This document shows, in pieces, positions 1-8,876 of a stretch of DNA of 32,000 nt (within the stretch, counting starts at the first letter, position 1; each line of letters starts with the position of its first letter). The DNA is taken from the NCBI RefSeq assembly GCF_003367075.2, contig NZ_CP065936.1, positions 60,001 to 92,000 of the forward strand, read 5' to 3'. The notes under the pieces are model-generated. The model saw nothing but the letters and a program-made list of their open reading frames with translations. It was not told the origin of the DNA and did not search any database. This DNA is from Cylindrospermopsis raciborskii Cr2010 (GTDB lineage: Bacteria; Cyanobacteriota; Cyanobacteriia; Cyanobacteriales; Nostocaceae). Both the position numbers and the translations under genes were made by a program.

Positions 1-85
1 AAGCATCTACTACGATACCTTTGTCTAGGATTCTGTCGATTACTTCTGCCAAGCTAGAGGAAGAATTGGTCTTTTCAACTGCCAT
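1..85 (-). CDS. gvpA: Gas vesicle structural protein GvpA, N-terminal part only (cut by the window edge)
   Basis: Positions 83-85 are CAT (start codon on minus). The sequence matches the 5' portion of the four complete copies downstream in coordinates. Confidence 0.93.
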   Translation of the reverse strand, partial: MAVEKTNSSSSLAEVIDRILDKGIVVDA

Positions 86-168
86 TGTTTTGCACCTTTA
101 ATTAATTGTTGTTAGTTAGATTTTTCTAGCAGAACATATTGTTGTTCTGCTAAATCAAAGTCAGAAAA

Positions 169-384
169 TTAAGCAGGTACAGCTGCGGATTGGGTCAATC
201 CTACTGCTTCTGCATACTTCAAGTAGGTTTCTACGGAAGCAATAACGATACGAGCTTCAACTGCTAGTAGTTCGATACCTACTAAGGATACACGAACCCA
301 AGCATCTACTACGATACCTTTGTCTAAAATTCTGTCGATTACTTCTGCCAAGCTAGAGGAAGAATTGGTCTTTTCAACTGCCAT
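169..384 (-). CDS. gvpA: Gas vesicle structural protein GvpA, 71 aa
   Basis: [63 protein letters not shown] is the classic GvpA sequence. Confidence 0.98.
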   Translation of the reverse strand: MAVEKTNSSSSLAEVIDRILDKGIVVDAWVRVSLVGIELLAVEARIVIASVETYLKYAEAVGLTQSAAVPA

Positions 385-467
385 TGTTTTGCACCTTTAA
401 TTAATTGTTGTTAGTTAGATTTTTCTAGCAGAACATATTGTTGTTCTGCTAAATCAAAGTCAGAAAA

Positions 468-683
468 TTAAGCAGGTACAGCTGCGGATTGGGTCAATCC
501 TACTGCTTCTGCATACTTCAAGTAGGTTTCTACGGAAGCAATAACGATACGAGCTTCAACTGCTAATAGTTCAATACCTACTAAGGATACACGAACCCAA
601 GCATCTACTACGATACCTTTGTCTAAAATTCTGTCAATTACTTCTGCCAAGCTAGAGGAAGAATTGGTCTTTTCAACTGCCAT
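468..683 (-). CDS. gvpA: Gas vesicle structural protein GvpA, 71 aa, identical protein
   Basis: Protein identical to the 169-384 copy; only silent differences at nucleotide level. Confidence 0.98.
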   Translation of the reverse strand: MAVEKTNSSSSLAEVIDRILDKGIVVDAWVRVSLVGIELLAVEARIVIASVETYLKYAEAVGLTQSAAVPA

Positions 684-790
684 TGTTTTGCACCTTTAAT
701 TAATTGTTGTTTTCTGGAAACACTGGGCAGAACAACCAGTTTTTTTCTAGCTTGCCCTGCCTTAGTAAATAAAATTACGAATCAAAAAAA

Positions 791-1006
791 TTAAGCAGGT
801 ACAGCTGCGGATTGGGTCAATCCTACTGCTTCTGCATACTTCAAGTAGGTTTCTACGGAAGCGATAACGATACGAGCTTCAACTGCTAATAGTTCAATAC
901 CTACTAAGGATACACGAACCCAAGCATCTACTACGATACCTTTGTCTAAAATTCTGTCAATTACTTCTGCCAAGCTGGAGGAAGAATTAGTTTTTTCAAC
1001 TGCCAT
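791..1006 (-). CDS. gvpA: Gas vesicle structural protein GvpA, 71 aa, identical protein
   Basis: Protein identical to the other copies. Confidence 0.98.
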   Translation of the reverse strand: MAVEKTNSSSSLAEVIDRILDKGIVVDAWVRVSLVGIELLAVEARIVIASVETYLKYAEAVGLTQSAAVPA

Positions 1007-1113
1007 TGTTTTGCACCTTTAACTCATTGTTGTTTTCTGGAACCACTGGGCAGAACAACCAGTTTTTTTCTAGTTTGCCCTGCCTTAGTAAATAAAATTA
1101 CGAATCAAAAAAA

Positions 1114-1329
1114 TTAAGCAGGTACAGCTGCGGATTGGGTCAATCCTACTGCTTCTGCATACTTCAAGTAGGTTTCTACGGAAGCAATAACGATACGAGC
1201 TTCAACTGCTAATAGTTCAATACCTACTAAGGATACACGAACCCAAGCATCTACTACGATACCTTTGTCTAGGATTCTGTCGATTACTTCTGCCAAGCTG
1301 GAGGAAGAATTGGTTTTTTCAACTGCCAT
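1114..1329 (-). CDS. gvpA: Gas vesicle structural protein GvpA, 71 aa; first copy of the array in transcription order
   Basis: Protein identical to the other copies, with an AAAGGTG ribosome-binding-like sequence just upstream. Confidence 0.98.
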   Translation of the reverse strand: MAVEKTNSSSSLAEVIDRILDKGIVVDAWVRVSLVGIELLAVEARIVIASVETYLKYAEAVGLTQSAAVPA

Positions 1330-1374
1330 TGTTTTGCACCTTTAACTCATTGTTGTTTTTGTTGACTGAACCTA

Positions 1375-1380
1375 ATTATA
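1375..1380 (-). promoter_or_regulatory. Candidate -10 box (TATAAT on minus) upstream of the gvpA array
   Basis: ATTATA on plus at 1375-1380, about 46 nt upstream of the first gvpA start. No convincing -35 box was seen. Confidence 0.35.
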
Positions 1381-2124
1381 ACAACCTAACTGACTAACAC
1401 GGAGAGGAATCGGGTGAAACAACTCATTTGAGTGCTTACCCCAAACCGGTTTTGACCTGGAAGATTGTTTTGGTGGTTCACATAAATATGAATACCACTA
1501 TTTGTTTTTGATGTAAAGCATTTCCAATTGAAAAACAAAAAACTTTACAATTGTTATGGGTGTCATTCTATACTCTTAATAGAAATTACTTATTGTTTGT
1601 ACTTGCATTTATTACATTGATAAAGAAAATGATTCAAATATGAGAAGGTAAAATTTTACTTTCTTAACTGTATACAAATCCATATTTATACTGAAAATAT
1701 TACAAGTAAAATACATTTCTATTGTAATGTAAACTATAAAAAAGCACGAATTATCTAGTTAAATACTTTGAGTATAATATTTTCATACATAGTAGTATTT
1801 GTCAGATTTGAATAGAAGAAATTAGAGTTTACGAATCCCAACCTTCACTGCAGTGATTACTTTCCTGAGAATTTGGTTCAATTTCCCAACAGCTCTAATA
1901 TAACTTGTTTAAAATTCTAGCTAGTAGAATGGTGTAAGGTCTCGAGTCATACTAATGAAATTTATTATGTAAAATTAGGCGCGGTTAATTTAATAAATGT
2001 TTACAAAAATTAACATTTATTTAAGGAATAGGCTGAATTTCCGGCAAGCGTGAATGAATGTGATCTGTAATTCTTAGTTAGCTAGGCACACCTTCGTGTT
2101 ACGATGGTTGACATATAATTTTCT

Positions 2125-2562
2125 GTGTCTCGAATTATGTTTAACAATCCAAACCCGCAAATAAGTGATAGAAAATGGCATAGGCAGCTAGATAAGTTTG
2201 TCAAAGAAAACCAGCAGGAGTTAGCAGCTTTATATTGGGGGTTGTGGTTAGAAAATGGCAGTAGTCAGGGGACTATTGGTATTGATTTACAACCTCAGCC
2301 TCATTTTGTCTATTGTCCTCAAGAAGCAGTAGAAAAATTAAATGAGCGGGTGGAAAAACGACTCCAAGAACTTTTGGGAATCATAGATAATAATAACCCA
2401 GAAACCGAGGTTTTGATGATTGGGATTGGCCAAGGAGAAATTAAGTTGATTCAGTTCGCTCCTGAATCGTCACCCCGCACATGCTTTGAACGGGTGAACC
2501 AAGATGTGGATACTTTACTAGACTTGTTGGAGCAGAAAATGATTGAGCAAATAGTGGTTTAA
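2125..2562 (+). CDS. Conserved cyanobacterial protein, possibly beta-carboxysome assembly chaperone CcmS-like
   Basis: 145-aa ORF; WHRQLDKFVKENQQELAALYWGLWLENG...TIGIDLQPQPHFVYCP resembles the CcmS (Slr1911-like) family from memory. The family name is tentative. Confidence 0.7.
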   Translation: MSRIMFNNPNPQISDRKWHRQLDKFVKENQQELAALYWGLWLENGSSQGTIGIDLQPQPHFVYCPQEAVEKLNERVEKRLQELLGIIDNNNPETEVLMIGIGQGEIKLIQFAPESSPRTCFERVNQDVDTLLDLLEQKMIEQIVV

Positions 2563-2633
2563 TTACCTAACTCTCCTGTTTGTCAAAACATTTATGTATA
2601 AAACAAGATAATATATTTAACACGGAGAATATA

Positions 2634-3224
2634 ATGCCTAGAAAACGTCTCACTGATCTACTACAAGAGGAAGTTCAAAAGTTCACTCCCGATGAATCTG
2701 TGGTTGAAACCACAGCAAAAAAGATTCCAGATCTGGAACTCCCTGAAGATGGATCTAACTCTGTCACCATAGTCTCAAGTAATTCCACCAGTGATAATTC
2801 TAACGGTCTGCACTGGGGAGTTACAGTACAAGAACTTCAGGAGTCCCTGAACAGATACCATGTCCGAGAAACTGCTATGCAGCAGGAAATATGTGAATTG
2901 AAGAACGCCTTATCAGAACAAAGGTCTCTCTCGGAGAAATTAGGTAAGGAACTCTACGAGACGAAAAAAACCGCTCTAAAATTAGCTGAATCCAATTCTA
3001 CTCTAATAGAGGAAAACAATCAACTCAAACAGCAAACAGCTCAACAAGTCATACCCAATTCTACGGGGGAATCTGTCCAATCCACACAACCAACAAAAGA
3101 GGTTGCCAAGTCCTTAGTTATCAACCCCAGAAAATCTTACAGTCCTCCGGAAATATTTATAGACAAGTCTAAAGCAGATACAAAAAAGGACGACTTTTCT
3201 AATAACACTTGGTTGTATGATTAA
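2634..3224 (+). CDS. Coiled-coil-containing hypothetical protein
   Basis: The ORF track starts at 2580, but the in-frame ATG at 2634 (MPRKRLTDLLQEEVQ) is preceded by ACGGAG and is the better start. Heptad-like region VQELQESLNRYHVRETAMQQEICELKNALSEQ. Confidence 0.75.
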   Translation: MPRKRLTDLLQEEVQKFTPDESVVETTAKKIPDLELPEDGSNSVTIVSSNSTSDNSNGLHWGVTVQELQESLNRYHVRETAMQQEICELKNALSEQRSLSEKLGKELYETKKTALKLAESNSTLIEENNQLKQQTAQQVIPNSTGESVQSTQPTKEVAKSLVINPRKSYSPPEIFIDKSKADTKKDDFSNNTWLYD

Positions 3225-3238
3225 AGTTTAAGGTAACC

Positions 3239-3472
3239 CTAGGTTTTGCTTTTGCGTTCCCATTTCCATAATAAGGCCATTATAGCAACAATTCCTACTT
3301 GCAGGGCAAAATTAGGTAGAGCTTGGTTCCTACCGGCCAATATTTGAAAGAAAAACACAAAGGCACCTATAAGACCAGAAGCACCCATACCAATATAAAT
3401 AAATTGTCTTAGTCCTTTATAGGGCGAACCTATTTCAGCTTTTAAGCGATTTTTAATATTTGGGTCTAGCAT
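3239..3472 (-). CDS. DUF3493-like small membrane protein (low-PSII-accumulation/Rep27-like family)
   Basis: 77 aa, NRLKAEIGSPYKGLRQFIYIGMGASGLIGAFVFFFQ, with two predicted TM helices. Confidence 0.75.
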   Translation of the reverse strand: MLDPNIKNRLKAEIGSPYKGLRQFIYIGMGASGLIGAFVFFFQILAGRNQALPNFALQVGIVAIMALLWKWERKSKT

Positions 3473-3509
3473 TTTTTCCGAGATTGTGTTATGGTTATAT
3501 ATTGTTTGT

Positions 3510-3581
3510 GCCGATGTAGCACAGTGGTAGTGCAGCTGATTCGTAATCAGCAGGTCGTGGGTTCAAATCCCATCATCGGCT
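3510..3581 (+). tRNA. tRNA-Thr (anticodon CGT)
   Basis: Acceptor GCCGATG/CATCGGC, anticodon stem GCTGA/TCAGC around loop TTCGTAA, T-loop GTTCAAATC, discriminator T, no encoded CCA. Confidence 0.93.
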
Positions 3582-4376
3582 TTAATTTCCATCTAGTTCC
3601 ACACTGACAATTCCCGACCACTGAACTTTTTTCTCCCTTTGTCTTCGGTAAGAAAAAAAGTGTTCAGGGCATTGATACGTGCAATAAGGAGCAACAGCAA
3701 TTTGAGTTGAATTAATTCCTAACTCTTCCAATTGTAAAACATTAATCCGACGGACATCTAAACGAATCTTGCCTGGTTCTGCATCGGGTAAAAGGGGAGA
3801 ATCTGATAAACTCTGTAAAGTAGCAACTATTCTCTCCGGTTCATGGTCGGGTAAAATCGAACTTCCGATTTGAATTGCCACTTCCAGAGAAACCTGGTAA
3901 ACCTCTCCAGCAATCGCAGGACCCATAGCAATGCGTAAGTCCTCCAATCTACTACCATGAGATAGCATTTTTTCAATTGCTTGAGGAACAATTCTAGCTG
4001 CTGTACCTCGCCAACCCGCATGTAGGGCTGCCACTTTTCCTGTTTTTGCATCAGCGATTAAAACGGGCGTGCAGTCAGCAGAAGCAACCCAAACAGCTTG
4101 TTGCGCTTCCTGGGTAATTAAACCATCTGCTAACGCCAGTTCATCACCAAATTCAGTTAAATACTGATTTACCTCCTGGGGTGTCAACACTATATTACCA
4201 TGAACTTGTTTTAAACGATAAGTGCTGGCCTGTGGTTGTAATACCCTAGTCAATTCATGAGGTGGGAGAGGCCAAAACTGCTGGGTAAAAAACCCATGGG
4301 ACCAGGGTGTCAAAATACTACAAGTAAGATATGGTAGACTTTGCCATTCTTGCCATTGCCAAGTGTGCATCTGCAA
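3582..4376 (-). CDS. pgeF: Peptidoglycan editing factor PgeF / laccase-domain (YfiH family) protein
   Basis: WVASADCTPVLIAD...VAALHAGWRGTAARIV...IGPAIAGEVYQV, YfiH-family signature. Confidence 0.9.
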   Translation of the reverse strand: MQMHTWQWQEWQSLPYLTCSILTPWSHGFFTQQFWPLPPHELTRVLQPQASTYRLKQVHGNIVLTPQEVNQYLTEFGDELALADGLITQEAQQAVWVASADCTPVLIADAKTGKVAALHAGWRGTAARIVPQAIEKMLSHGSRLEDLRIAMGPAIAGEVYQVSLEVAIQIGSSILPDHEPERIVATLQSLSDSPLLPDAEPGKIRLDVRRINVLQLEELGINSTQIAVAPYCTYQCPEHFFSYRRQREKKVQWSGIVSVELDGN

Positions 4377-4617
4377 AATAAAAAATAAATTAATAAAAAA
4401 ACGACAAAACCAACAATCTAATTAATTAAGGTAACACTATTATACATCATAATTTTTTGGTTTTGGTTACATTAACATCGGAAGGAAATTTGATATTAAG
4501 GTTAACATAATCTAATCAAAATCTAATTAAAATCTATAAGTTTCCGCTTCTCTGTGTATTTTTACCTTAAAACGACTGCAAACTAACAACCTTCCCCATC
4601 ACGACACAATATACCCA

Positions 4618-5580
4618 ATGACTAATGTACTTTGGCTACAAGGTGGTGCTTGTTCTGGTGACACCATGTCCTTTTTAAATGCGGAGGATCCCACCGCTTG
4701 TGACCTGATAGCTGACTTTGGAATTAAGATTCTCTGGCATCCCTCCCTGGGTTTAGAAATGGGCACCAACCTACAAACCCTATTGTGGGAATGTATTTTG
4801 GGTAAAACTCCCCTGGATATCCTGGTGTTTGAAGGTACTGTCGTCAACGCTCCCAATGGTACTGGGGAGTGGAATCGCTTTGCTGACCGTCCCATGAAAC
4901 AATGGTTAGAAGATTTGGCCAAAGCTGCTAATTTTGTAGTTGCTATTGGAGACTGTGCTACTTGGGGGGGTATTCCCGCTATGTCACCTAACCCCAGTGA
5001 ATCTCAAGGTTTACAGTTCCTCAAACGGAAAAAGGGCGGGTTTTTAGGTGAAGATTTTATTAGTAAGGGCGGGTTACCAGTAATTAATATCCCCGGATGT
5101 CCCGCTCACCCCGATTGGATATCGCAAATATTAGTGGCAATTGCTACTGGACGTATAAGTGATATTGCTTTAGATGAACTACATCGTCCCCAAACTTTCT
5201 TTAATACCTTTGCTGAAACCGGTTGTACCCGCAATATTCACTTTGCTTATAGGGCAACAACTACAGAATTTGGCGATCGCAAAGGTTGTTTGTTTTATGA
5301 CTTAGGTTGTCGTGGACCCATGACCCATTCCTCCTGTAATCGGATTTTGTGGAATGGAGTATCATCAAAAACCCGTGCTGGTATGCCCTGTATTGGTTGT
5401 ACAGAACCGGAATTTCCTTTTCATGATCTAAAACCGGGAACAGTATTTAAGACCCAAACCATTATGGGTGTTCCCAAGGAAATACCCCCAGGAGTTAATC
5501 CTAAAGATTATGCGGTATTCACGGTTGTAGCCAAGGATACTGCACCAAAATGGACTGATGAGGATTTCTTTTTGGTTTAG
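4618..5580 (+). CDS. hupS: Uptake [NiFe] hydrogenase small subunit
   Basis: LWLQGGACSGDTMSFLN, GDCATWGGIPA, INIPGCPAHPDW, and C-terminal Fe-S cysteine clusters. No twin-arginine signal, as in cyanobacterial HupS. Confidence 0.97.
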   Translation: MTNVLWLQGGACSGDTMSFLNAEDPTACDLIADFGIKILWHPSLGLEMGTNLQTLLWECILGKTPLDILVFEGTVVNAPNGTGEWNRFADRPMKQWLEDLAKAANFVVAIGDCATWGGIPAMSPNPSESQGLQFLKRKKGGFLGEDFISKGGLPVINIPGCPAHPDWISQILVAIATGRISDIALDELHRPQTFFNTFAETGCTRNIHFAYRATTTEFGDRKGCLFYDLGCRGPMTHSSCNRILWNGVSSKTRAGMPCIGCTEPEFPFHDLKPGTVFKTQTIMGVPKEIPPGVNPKDYAVFTVVAKDTAPKWTDEDFFLV

Positions 5581-5623
5581 ATCTAAACAATTACTGTCAA
5601 CCCATTGCTAATGCTGTAAAAAT

Positions 5624-7219
5624 ATGCCAATTCAAACATTAGATATTGCACCCGTTGGTAGAGTTGAGGGTGATTTAGATGTCCGAGTGGAAATAGAAGA
5701 TGGATACGTGACAAACGCTTGGACTCATGCAGAACTTTTTCGCGGTTTTGAAATCATTTTACGCGATAAGGATCCTCAAGCTGGACTAATTGTTACTCCC
5801 AGAATTTGTGGTATTTGCGGTGGTTCTCATTTAAGTTCTGCATCTTGGGCCTTAGATACTGCTTGGCAAACAGAGGTTCCTAGAAATGCAATTTTGGCTA
5901 GAAATTTAGGTCAAATTGTGGAGACGATTCAAAGTATCCCTCGTTATTTTTACGGATTATTTGCTATTGATTTAACTCACCAGAATTATCGCAGTAGTCA
6001 TTTTTATGATGAAGCTTGTCGTCGCTTTGCTGCTTTTACAGGCAAATCATACGAACTTGGTGTCACTATTTCTGCTAAACCGGTGGAAATCTACGCTTTA
6101 TTAGGAGGGCAATGGCCTCACAGCAGTTATATGGTGCCCGGTGGTGTGATGTGCGCCCCCTCTCTCAGTGATATTACCCGCGCTTGGGGAATGTTGGAAT
6201 ATTTTCGCACTAATTGGTTAGAACCGGTGTGGTTGGGTTGTTCATTGGAAAGATATGAGGAAATTCAATCATATCAGGATTTTCAAACTTGGTTGGAGGA
6301 GGATATTAAACACAGAGAATCTGATCTGGGTTTGTATTGGCGTATGGGTTTAGAGATTGGACTGGATAAGTATGGTGTGGGTGTGGAAAAATTTGTTACC
6401 TGGGGATATTTACCTCATGAGGATAAATATAATAAACCTACTATTGATGGGCGCAATGCAGCAGTGATTATGAAGGGTGGTGTTTATGATGGTCACAAAG
6501 ATCAACATTCTATTATGAATCAGGCTTTTACTCGCGAAAATTTAACCCATTCTTGGTATGATGAAGGTACTCAGGATTGGCATCCAAGCGATCGCAAGAC
6601 TTCCCCAACTATTAACAACCAAAAGGATTTTGTCGGTGCTTATTCTTGGTCTAGTGCAGTCCTTCATCAAGATTTAGGTAGATTGGAAGCAGGTCCTTTG
6701 GCACGTCAATTAGTTGCAGGTGGGAATGGTGGAGAAACTTGGCAACATTATGACCCATTTATTTTGGATGTTTTTAAAAAAATGGGTGGTGCAAGTGTTC
6801 ATCTCAGACAATTGGCTAGGGTTCATGAGCTGGTTAAGTTATATCGTCAAGCAGAACGTTGTTTGAGAGAGTTTAAATTAAACGAACCTTGGTATATTAA
6901 ACCCCAAGAAAAAGATGGTAAAGGTTGGGGAGCGACGGAAGCAGCTAGAGGTGCTTTATGTCACTGGATAGAAATTGCTGAGGGTAAGATTAAGAGCTAC
7001 CAGGTTATTGCTCCCGGAACTTGGAATATTGGACCTCGTGATGGTAATGGTCATCTTGGACCTGTGGAGCAGGCGTTAATTGGTACTCCCATTACTGATC
7101 CTACGGATCCGGTGGAAGTAGGACATGTTGCTCGTTCTTTTGATTCTTGTTTGGTCTGCACGGTTCATGCTCATGATGCTAAAACCGGTCAGGAGTTGGC
7201 TCGCTTTCGCACTGCTTAA
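5624..7219 (+). CDS. hupL: Uptake [NiFe] hydrogenase large subunit
   Basis: N-terminal RICGICG motif and C-terminal DSCLVCTVH followed by the AHDAKTGQELARFRTA tail, which a maturation protease would remove. Full-length and uninterrupted. Confidence 0.97.
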   Translation: MPIQTLDIAPVGRVEGDLDVRVEIEDGYVTNAWTHAELFRGFEIILRDKDPQAGLIVTPRICGICGGSHLSSASWALDTAWQTEVPRNAILARNLGQIVETIQSIPRYFYGLFAIDLTHQNYRSSHFYDEACRRFAAFTGKSYELGVTISAKPVEIYALLGGQWPHSSYMVPGGVMCAPSLSDITRAWGMLEYFRTNWLEPVWLGCSLERYEEIQSYQDFQTWLEEDIKHRESDLGLYWRMGLEIGLDKYGVGVEKFVTWGYLPHEDKYNKPTIDGRNAAVIMKGGVYDGHKDQHSIMNQAFTRENLTHSWYDEGTQDWHPSDRKTSPTINNQKDFVGAYSWSSAVLHQDLGRLEAGPLARQLVAGGNGGETWQHYDPFILDVFKKMGGASVHLRQLARVHELVKLYRQAERCLREFKLNEPWYIKPQEKDGKGWGATEAARGALCHWIEIAEGKIKSYQVIAPGTWNIGPRDGNGHLGPVEQALIGTPITDPTDPVEVGHVARSFDSCLVCTVHAHDAKTGQELARFRTA

Positions 7220-7247
7220 AGGGGTTAGGGGTCATTATCCCTTTTTT
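7218..7247. terminator. Candidate terminator between convergent hupL and the PLP-enzyme gene
   Basis: AAAGGG (7218-7223) pairs with CCCTTT (7239-7244) and is followed by a T-run. The two stop codons are only 5 bp apart. Confidence 0.4.
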
Positions 7248-8190
7248 GGGTGAGTTTTTGCTCTATTCCTAAATTTCCCTGTAACCCACCAGTATGTATT
7301 AGTAATATTTTACTCGGTGGGAAAAATCCTTGTTTTAACAAGTTTATAACTCCATAAAACATTTTACCAGTGTATATATAATCTAGTGGTATATGATGTT
7401 GTTGATGGAATTGGTGACAGAATTGAATTAGTTGTTGATCTATTTTTCCGTATCCGCCAAAATGGTAATCATAGATTAATTGCCAAGACGTAGGATGATT
7501 TACCAAAGTGGGTAGCTTAGAGTTTAGGTAGTCGCTGATTAGTCTGTCTATTTCCCTCTCTAAAAATCTGGCATCTTTCAATACGGGAAAGCCCATAATT
7601 CTTGTTGGTAAGTTGGTTCTACCCCCGGGTGATAGAGCAATACCTGTGAGGGTGGTAGCTGTACCACAAGCTAGGCAAATTATATCAAAAAATTGTAGAT
7701 CTTGCATGATTTCCATACACCCGCGCACGCCATTTAAATTACCACCACCTTCAGGAATAATAAAGGTTTCATTTGAGGATCTTGGTAACTGTTTTTTGAA
7801 CTCTTCCTGAACTTCTTGTGTATGACGTTGTCGGTAAGTTTGGCGATCGCAATATAATAATTTCATACCTTGTTCCTGGGCGAAGCGCAGGGTAGGGTTA
7901 AGAGGTAGGGTTGGTTCTCCCCGGATAACACCAATAGTTTCAAAGCCAAAAATCCTACCCGCAGCTGCAGTAGCAAAAATATGATTGGAATATGCACCAC
8001 CAAAGGTTAGCAAGCTGGTACACTGGTTATGTTTCGCTTCCAAGAGATTGTATTTCAACTTAAACCATTTGTTACCATTTATCTGTAAATGTATTAAATC
8101 TAAGCGTAAAACATATAACTCAATACTTAAATGGTCAGCTAGGGGATTGTGAATTTTTTGGATGGGAGGAGATAAAAATATTGACGACAT
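7225..8190 (-). CDS. 1-aminocyclopropane-1-carboxylate deaminase / D-cysteine desulfhydrase family PLP-dependent enzyme
   Basis: GNKWFKLKYNLLEAK (PLP lysine region), LLTFGGAYSNHIFATAAA, PEGGGNLNGVRG, ILLIHTGGLQG. Confidence 0.88.
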   Translation of the reverse strand: MSSIFLSPPIQKIHNPLADHLSIELYVLRLDLIHLQINGNKWFKLKYNLLEAKHNQCTSLLTFGGAYSNHIFATAAAGRIFGFETIGVIRGEPTLPLNPTLRFAQEQGMKLLYCDRQTYRQRHTQEVQEEFKKQLPRSSNETFIIPEGGGNLNGVRGCMEIMQDLQFFDIICLACGTATTLTGIALSPGGRTNLPTRIMGFPVLKDARFLEREIDRLISDYLNSKLPTLVNHPTSWQLIYDYHFGGYGKIDQQLIQFCHQFHQQHHIPLDYIYTGKMFYGVINLLKQGFFPPSKILLIHTGGLQGNLGIEQKLTQKRDNDP

Positions 8191-8260
8191 TTGTATCAGC
8201 AGTTAATCTGGGAATATAAAATAACCGCTCAAGAAAAATATTAGCAAATCCCAATTATTT

Positions 8261-8824
8261 ATGGCTAAGGTTTTTAACTCTATTACGGAGGAGTTACAAG
8301 GATTTATCGCCAAGCAGCATATTTTTTTGGTTGGCACAGCTCCTCTAAGTTCCACAGGCCACGTTAATGTTTCTCCCAAGGGATTAGACAGTTTCCGAGT
8401 CATTTCACCCCACCGGGTTGCTTATTTGGATTTAACAGGTAGTGGGAACGAAACCTCTGCTCATCTGTTAGAAAATGGCAGAATTACTTTCATGTTTTGT
8501 GCTTTCCAAGAACCTCCCTGCATTCTCAGACTCTATGGTCAGGGAAGAACTATTTTACCTGATGATTATGAGTGGGATCAATTATATTCCTTATTTCCTC
8601 CCATAGTTGGAACGAGACAAATCATTGTTGCGGATATTGACAGAATACAAACTTCCTGTGGTTTTGGAGTACCACTTTATGAATACCTTGGACAAAGACA
8701 AACTTTGATCGGTTGGGCTATGAAAAAGGGCCAACTAGGTATTAGAGAATATCATCAGCAGAAAAATTTTGTTAGTATCGATGGGTTGTTAACTCCTTTG
8801 TCCCAATTGCATCATCAAAAATAA
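8261..8824 (+). CDS. Pyridoxamine 5'-phosphate oxidase-like (FMN-binding split barrel) protein
   Basis: FLVGTAPLSSTGHVNVSPKGLDSFRVISPHRVAYLDLTGSGNETSAHLLENGRITFMFCAF. Confidence 0.85.
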   Translation: MAKVFNSITEELQGFIAKQHIFLVGTAPLSSTGHVNVSPKGLDSFRVISPHRVAYLDLTGSGNETSAHLLENGRITFMFCAFQEPPCILRLYGQGRTILPDDYEWDQLYSLFPPIVGTRQIIVADIDRIQTSCGFGVPLYEYLGQRQTLIGWAMKKGQLGIREYHQQKNFVSIDGLLTPLSQLHHQK

Positions 8825-8876
8825 CTGAAGGATATGATATATGAATAAACTCCAAGTAGACTTTTAACCAATTATC

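Larger units (their letters stand above)
1..1329 (-). repeat. Tandem gvpA gene array, units of 299 bp and 323 bp
   Basis: Start codons lie at 85, 384, 683, 1006 and 1329, giving spacings of 299, 299, 323 and 323. There are two 83-bp spacers (86-168, 385-467) and two 107-bp spacers (684-790, 1007-1113). Confidence 0.95.

Noticed and set aside
1-1329. CRISPR-like interpretation of the regularly spaced repeats
   Set aside because: The 299/323-bp repeats are complete gvpA genes with conserved spacers, not short repeats with unique spacers. No CRISPR array or cas gene was seen in the window.
3827-4051. 74-aa minus-strand ORF
   Set aside because: Lies within pgeF in another frame with no recognisable family.
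4431-4445. NtcA-box-like GTA...TAC upstream of hupS
   Set aside because: GTA (4431-4433) and TAC (4443-4445) are separated by 9 nt, whereas the canonical NtcA site is GTAN8TAC. Not supportable as a site without binding data.
4599-4922. 107-aa minus-strand ORF
   Set aside because: Fully antisense to the N-terminal half of hupS; shadow ORF.
7613-7810. 65-aa plus-strand ORF
   Set aside because: Antisense shadow of the strongly supported PLP-enzyme gene.
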